From positions 69,380,001 to 69,444,000 of the forward strand of contig CM059438.1 of the NCBI GenBank assembly GCA_030390025.1: DNA of 64,000 nucleotides, written 5' to 3'. Made by a program: the position numbers and the translations under genes. Source of the DNA: Squalus acanthias (lineage: Eukaryota). The notes under the pieces are model-generated. The model did not search any database and had not been told where the DNA came from. It saw only the letters and a program-made list of their open reading frames with translations. This document shows, piece after piece, positions 61,210-64,000 of the stretch (the first letter of the stretch is position 1; every line of letters begins with the position of its first letter).

Positions 61210-62301
61210 TGTCAGCCATGGCTCAGTGAGAGCACACTTGCCTCTGAGTCAAAAGGTTGTTGTTTCAAGCACCCCTCCAGAGAGTTCATCGAATCATAGA
61301 AACTTACAGCACAGAAGGAGGCCATTCGGCCCTTCATGCCTTTGCTGGCTCTTTGAAAGACCAGTTGTGTTTAGTCCCACATCCCCACTTTTTGTCCGTA
61401 ACCCTGTAAGTTCCTCATCGTCAAGCACCTGTCCAACTTCCTTTTAAAATTATTTATGGAATCAGCTTTCACCACCTTTTCAGGTAGAACGTTCCAGATC
61501 CTGGCAACTCTCTGAGTGAAAACATATCTCCTCACCTCCCCTTTAGATCTTTTGCCAATGATTTTGAATCTATGACCTCTAGTTATTGAGCCACTCGCCA
61601 GAGGGAATAGTTTTTCTCTATCTACTCTATTAAAACCTCTCATCATCTTGAAAACCTCTATTAGGTCACCTCTTAATCTTCTCTGTTCCAAGGAAAGCAG
61701 TCCTAACTTTTCCAACTTCTTCTCACTGAAGTCCCTCATTCCTGGTAAAATTCTGGTAAACCTCCTCTTTACCCTTTCTAAGGCCCTTTACATCTTTCCT
61801 GAAATGTACTGCCCAGAATTGTCCCCAGTAATTCAACTGAGGCCTAACCAGTGATTTATAAAGTTCTAGCATGATCTCTTTGCTTTTGTATTCTATTCCT
61901 CTATTTATAAACCCAAGTAACATAATTTAGGTTGACACTTCAGTGCAGTATCTGAGGGAGTGCTGCACTGTTGGAGGTGTCGTCTTTCCGATGAGACATT
62001 AAACCGAGGCCCTATGTGCCCTCTCAGGTGAATGTAAAAGATTTTGTGGCACTTTTCGAAGAAGAGCAGGGGAGTTCTCCCGGTGTCCTGGCCAACATTT
62101 ATCCCTCAACCAACATCGCTAATGCAGATTATCTGGTCATTATCTCATTGCTGTTTATGGACCTTGCTGTGTGCAAATTGGCTGCTGCATTTCCTACATT
62201 ACAATAGTGACTACACTTCAGAGAGTATTTCATTAGCTGTAAAATGCTTTGGGGCATCCTGAGGTAGTGAAAGGCGCTTTATAAATACAAGTTCTTTCTT
62301 T
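61210..62301 (+). mobile_element. Deu-domain SINE split by a CR1 insertion (head 61210-61285, body 61919-62301)
   Basis: Head GTCAGCCATGGCTCAGTG...CCTCCAGAGA and body TAGGTTGACACTTCAGTGCAG...GCGCTTTATAAATACAAG rejoin into the SINE consensus seen in the other copies. Confidence 0.8.
61286..61918 (-). mobile_element. CR1 LINE 3' fragment nested in a SINE
   Basis: LGFINRGIEYKSKEIMLELYKSLVRPQL...RRLRGDLIEVFKMM...FTQRVARIWNVLP; TTCTATGATTCGATGA tail. Confidence 0.9.
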
Positions 62302-63015
62302 AACTGACGCGCAAGGAAATGACAGCATCTAACATCACTGGAGCTTGAACCTTTGCAGTTATGCTATTCTTAGGAACACCAGTAATTACTAATCTGGGTT
62401 GCTAAAGCAAGTATTCTGCTGCATCAGGGTTTCTCTGGACCCTATGTAGAAAGTAAGCAGTGCGCAGCATTTGTACCTTGGGCTATTTAATTTAATTGAA
62501 AACAGCACCTTAATAGGCTGTTGATGTGTGCAAGAGTTGATATGCAATTAGTGTTGATTTCTTTGTCAATCCTGCACCTGATTTCATCCAATCGTCCGTC
62601 TGGTGCACATTAATTATTTAGAAGGCTGTGTTGTTTTGCAAAAAGAAACAAAACAGTGCTCATCGACATTCAAATGTACAAAATGTCCTCCAGTTGCAGA
62701 GCTTTTACAGTAAGATTTTTTTTTAATGACTACTAGTCAAAAGCTGGGATTTTAGCAGGTTAAAGGGGGGCTTACATCAGTGTGATCTAATGAAGTGGCA
62801 GCTTGGTGATGCTGGCTGCTGAAGGAACTGAACCGGCATAACCAATGATCCCCCGCAAGAGAGCAACTCAGAATAAGTGGTTCGATGACGGTTTGTTGAA
62901 TACCAGTGCTGTTTTGGGACAAATCGAGGATGGTCCGAGCTAATATTTGGTTGTTTGAAAGTTGTTCCTGGTCATTTTCATATTTCTCTCCCCAAACAAA
63001 TTAAATAAATTGCCA

Positions 63016-63270
63016 AAATAACAACAGAAAACGCTGGAAAAACTCAGCAGGCCAGGCAGCATCCGTGGAGAGAGAAACAGAGTTAACGTTTCAGGTCGAA
63101 GACCTTTCGTCAGAACTGGAAAAAAGCAGGAAAATCTGTTCTGACGAAAGGTCTTCGACCTGAAACGTTAACTCTGTTTCTCTCTCCACGGATGCTGCCT
63201 GGCCTGCTGAGTTTTTCCAGCGTTTTCTGTTGTTATTTCGGATTTCCAGCATCTGCAGTATTTTGCTATC
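63016..63270 (+). mobile_element. Penelope-type pLTR foldback insertion with hammerhead-like core
   Basis: Perfect 101-bp inverted repeat (63016-63116 / 63138-63238), 21-nt loop, 32-nt tail, and 14-bp TSD TAAATAAATTGCCA (63002-63015, 63271-63284). Core is GTT-CTGACGA-AAGGTC-TTC-GACCT-GAAACGTT-AAC. Confidence 0.85.
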
Positions 63271-64000
63271 TAAATAAATTGCCAGTGTGGCGTAATGGAT
63301 ATAACAAAGGAGTGGCAGGATTCTCATTTTTTTTTCACTATTGAATAACTCAAAGGCTAAGGTCCAAAATGCTGGACATAACAACAGTTGAAAAGATTAA
63401 AAATAAGGATTTCAATTTAGTGTATTGGAGGGCGGAAAGCCAATGTAGGGGGGGGGGGGGGGTGCTAGTTTAGCGAGACTTTGTCTGGGCCGAGTAAGGG
63501 GAGGATGTAGCAGAGGCAACTGCACAAATGCTCTAGTTCTTGGCAACAAATAAATCCGTGAACTCTTTGCCCTTGGTGTTTGGGGTGAGACTGGAAGGAG
63601 CAAGGCAGATGGGCTTGAGGAGGTGACTGAACATAGGAAAAATGAGCCTGAAGTTATCCTTGCCTTCCAGACTCGAGGGAGTAAAAGTGAGGCCTGCACA
63701 AGGGGATGTTAAAGGGGATATTTCTATACAAAGGGGAACAAACTGGATGGGCTCGTTGGGCTACGTGGCTGTTCCCATTCCTAAAAATTCTCATGATTTC
63801 CCCGAATTTTCTTAATTGTCCTTGTCCTGAATCGGTTCAGTTGAGTCCCGAACATTCCAAAATATACAACAAAATATTTAGGTTTAACCTAAATGAGAAG
63901 TGCCCCATCCATGTGCACAGACCCACCTTCTACGTGTATTTGAATGAAGCACTTCAGGTACAATCAGCTGGTGAAACATCAGCTGTCATTGTGTATCCCT

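Overview
Vertebrate genomic DNA, very probably from a cartilaginous fish (shark). The repeat mix points that way: Deu-domain SacSINE1-like SINEs, CR1/L2/RTE/Tx1 LINEs, Penelope-like elements and many Harbinger-type MITEs. The only clear host coding sequence is exon 1 of an astrotactin gene (20579-20834, +). It lies in a CpG island directly downstream of a 2-kb GT-rich minisatellite and is followed by an intron of more than 43 kb. Its protein mixes ASTN1-type and ASTN2-type residues, so it may be a third astrotactin paralogue. A second CpG-rich block at about 14.5-15.0 kb looks like the first non-coding exon of a divergent gene, plausibly a BRINP. Other notable structures are: (i) an uninterrupted Penelope-like RT+GIY-YIG frame running off the left edge; (ii) three 184-255-bp foldback insertions with 13-14-bp target duplications, each carrying a minimal hammerhead-ribozyme-like core; (iii) an ORF1-only Tx1/L1 element inserted into the tRNA head of a SINE; (iv) an RTE LINE with a twin-priming 5' inversion; (v) nested and chimaeric Harbinger MITEs, one of which offers an in-frame cryptic exon to the astrotactin gene. 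Family names come from my recall of consensus motifs, not from a database search, and boundaries of degraded repeats are approximate.
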